Source: Octopus sinensis
Taxonomy: Eukaryota
Direction: 5' to 3'
DNA: 11,782 bases
Assembly (NCBI RefSeq): GCF_006345805.1
Contig: NW_021826738.1
Coordinates: 1 to 11,782, forward strand
Shown here: piece by piece, positions 9,239 through 11,782 of the stretch
Position numbering within the stretch: position 1 is the first letter of the stretch
Layout of the letters: the number at the start of each line of letters is the position of its first letter
The notes under the pieces: generated by a model
What the model saw: the letters and a program-made list of their open reading frames with translations, nothing else
The model's database searches: none
What the model was told of the DNA's origin: nothing
Program-made: the position numbers and the translations under genes

Positions 9239-9312
9239 TAGCCCGATAACTGAAGAGATGCCGGCGTCGGTTTCCGCCCCGACATCAGAAACTCGGAGTT
9301 TTATCATGGCTA
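9239..9312 (+). ncRNA. Type I hammerhead ribozyme motif
   Basis: Stem I UAGCC-C-GAUAA / UUAUC-AU-GGCUA; CUGAAGA 9250-9256; stem II GAUG...CAUC; extra A 9287; GAAA 9288-9291; stem III ACU-CGG-AGU; GUU triplet ending 9300. Confidence 0.75.
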
Positions 9313-9677
9313 CCAAATGATAATTACATATTGTATTTACAGATATATATATATATACATACGTACATACATACATACATATATATATATACATACATAC
9401 ATACATACATATATACATATATTTATGTATATACATATATAGATATACATATATGTATGTATTTATGTATATATATATATGTATGTGTGATACATACATA
9501 CATATACACACACACACACACACACCCACACACACACACCCACACACATATATATATATATATATATAATATATATCTATATATACATATACATATATAC
9601 ATATACATATATATATATATCGCCATGTTGATTCGTTAGCTACTGCACGCATTTTTTTTCTCTCTTCTTTCTGTGTA

Positions 9678-9715
9678 TCTTTCTGTTGAAGAGCGTAGGC
9701 TCGAAACGTTAAAGA
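9678..9715 (+). ncRNA. Minimal type I hammerhead variant within a cassette of about 190 bp (9621-9812) flanked by (TA)n
   Basis: UCUUU-CUGUUGAA-GAGC-GUAG-GCUC-GAAA-CG-U-U-AAAGA: all three stems close; palindromic ACGU stem III; non-canonical core. Confidence 0.6.
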
Positions 9716-9927
9716 CTTGTTTTATTTATATTTCCTGAGCGCCATACTAATACAATTGTTCGTTTGTTTTCCACTGCCTTCGTCTTTTGTTTATTTTCAT
9801 AAAGCTTCCCGTTTATATATACATATATATATATACACACACACACATATCTTATATATATATATATTTTATTATATATATATATTAATATATATATATA
9901 CATATTACATGTATATATGATATATAA

Positions 9928-10046
9928 GACAGGCATCACGCAGTTTCTGAGTACCAATTCCACTCACAAGGCATTGGTCGGCCCGGGATTATATTAGAAG
10001 ACACTTGCCCAAAATGCCATGCAATGGGATTGAACTGGAGACAACC
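9928..10046 (-). mobile_element. Older, 5'-truncated copy of the tRNA-derived SINE
   Basis: CCACTCACAAGGCATTGGTCGGCCCG...AGAAGACACTTGCCCAA matches 4540-4600. Confidence 0.8.
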
Positions 10047-10047
10047 C

Positions 10048-10221
10048 GCACTTAAAAATGCTATACTAAAGCATGCTGGGAAATCTCTGTTTTTCACCAA
10101 CGAAGTTACATGGGCGAACAATATCAATTATGCTTTTGGTGTCAGTATGGGTAGCTGTGACTCAGATGAAGTATGTGAGCTGTGTGGTGTACATATTTTA
10201 AATACACTGAACAGAAAATTT
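10048..10221 (+). pseudogene. Penelope-like element reverse transcriptase fragment
   Basis: KSLFFTNEVTW...FGVSMGSCDSDEVCELCGVHILNTL resembles the recalled PLE RT segment KSLLF...W...[22 protein letters not shown] preceding YRDD; a stop follows and YRDD is not visible. Confidence 0.65.
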
Positions 10222-10280
10222 TAATCCCTGGGTACAGAATTCACAGACATTATAGATTATAGATTAACAGATGAATAAGC

Positions 10281-10521
<241 letters not shown>

Positions 10522-11056
10522 GGTGAAGAAAAAAGAAAGTTTAAATGGTCAGGCATTGAATGTTGCTCTAAATATTACCCCCACCATCACCATCACCATC
10601 ACCATAACCAACAGCAACAACCTCAACAACACCCCGACCACCACCGTTAACACAACCATCACCATCACCACCACAATCAAATCACCAGCACGACCATCGT
10701 CATAAGGCATCGTTTAAAACCAATCAATATATATATATATATATATACATATATATATAATACCCCAAAACATTTCAAAATCAATTTAAGGAATATTTGA
10801 AGAAAAAAAACGCAAAAGAGAAACGAAAGGAAAATTTTGCATGTTTACATTCTTTCTTTGTTTCTTTCTTTGTTTGTTTGTTTGTTTGTTTGTTTCTTTC
10901 TTTCTTTCTGTTTCAATGCTTTAACCATCCAATTTCCGATTTTGTCTTTATCAATATCACAACAACAACAACAACAGTTACAACTACAACGCGAATTTCA
11001 CACACACACACAGTTCTGTGTCTATGAGTGCACGTATATATATATATAAATCGATG

Positions 11057-11130
<74 letters not shown>

Positions 11131-11520
11131 GTAATATATAATATATATTACATATATGTGTGTGTGTATCTGCATATACAGAAATAGACCAAGGGTGGAC
11201 ACACACACATATTTCTATACTCACACACACACACACAGTGACCGCTAAACCGCTAACCCTATCCCCCCCACACACACACTACCCCCTCCCAAACAAAATA
11301 ATCGACTGAAAAAGGAACTAATCAGTGCCCCCTACCCCTACCCCCACCTCCATCATGAACATTGCACAACAACAACAAAAACAACCTAACAGAAATGCAA
11401 CTAAAATATCATCATCATCATCACAACCAACATCATCATCGCCATCCTCCTATCCTTCCTCTCCCCTCTCCTCATTATTATCATTATTATTATTATTATC
11501 TCATTACTTGCTTGTTTCTT

Positions 11521-11680
11521 GTAGGAGTGGCTGTGTGGTAAGTAGCTTGCTAACCAACCACATGCTTCCGGGTTCAGTCCCAGCGCGTGGCACCTTGGGC
11601 AAGTGTCTTCTGCTATAGCCTCGGGCCGACCAAAGCCTTGTGAGTGGATTTCGTAGACGGAAACTGAAAGAAACCCGTCG
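11521..11680 (+). mobile_element. tRNA-derived SINE, head part only
   Basis: GGAGTGGCTGTGTGGTAAG (A box), GGGTTCAGTCCC (B box), ends GAAACTGAAAGAAACCCGTCG; high identity to the reverse complement of 4511-4673. Confidence 0.92.
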
Positions 11681-11711
11681 GGGGATGGTGGTGGTGTCTA
11701 ATTGAGAGCAT

Positions 11712-11764
11712 CGATGAAAGGTAAAGTAGACCCCAGTAGTATTTGAACCCAGACTGTAAAGACG
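11712..11764 (-). mobile_element. Fragment of a second SINE family
   Basis: Minus strand CGTCTTTACAGTCTGGGTTCAAATACTACTGGGGTCTACTTTACCTTTCATC contains B-box-like GGTTCAAAT; family recognition from memory only. Confidence 0.5.
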
Positions 11765-11782
11765 TGTATGTGTGTGTGTGTG

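Noticed and set aside
10522-11520. T/N-, Q- and S-rich ORFs (10520-10705, 11325-11618)
   Set aside because: Degenerate trinucleotide repeats (ACC, ACA, ATC, ATT); no domain.

Overview
Repeat-saturated eukaryotic DNA with no supportable host gene. The SINE families and the (TA)n/(TATG)n/(TATC)n load resemble an octopus (coleoid cephalopod) genome; this is recognition, not a database result. Most ORFs in the track are microsatellite read-throughs. Contents: (1) a 5'- and 3'-truncated L1/Tx1-type LINE (ORF1 remnant plus APE-RT, about 5922-8464); (2) several tRNA-derived SINE copies; (3) non-autonomous Helitron-like elements (A|TC...hairpin-CTAG|T); (4) an RTE-like 3' fragment with zinc fingers; (5) a Penelope-like (PLE) RT fragment. 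The main unexplained signal is a cluster of type I hammerhead-ribozyme motifs from several unrelated sequence families. Four are near-intact (2862-2941 minus, 3383-3460, 9239-9312, 9678-9715) and others are relics. They sit in or beside long fold-back inverted repeats (669-bp palindrome 2827-3495; 8465-9135; 2351-2604) and mostly lie within (TA)n tracts, consistent with PLE pseudo-LTR or retrozyme-like cassettes.
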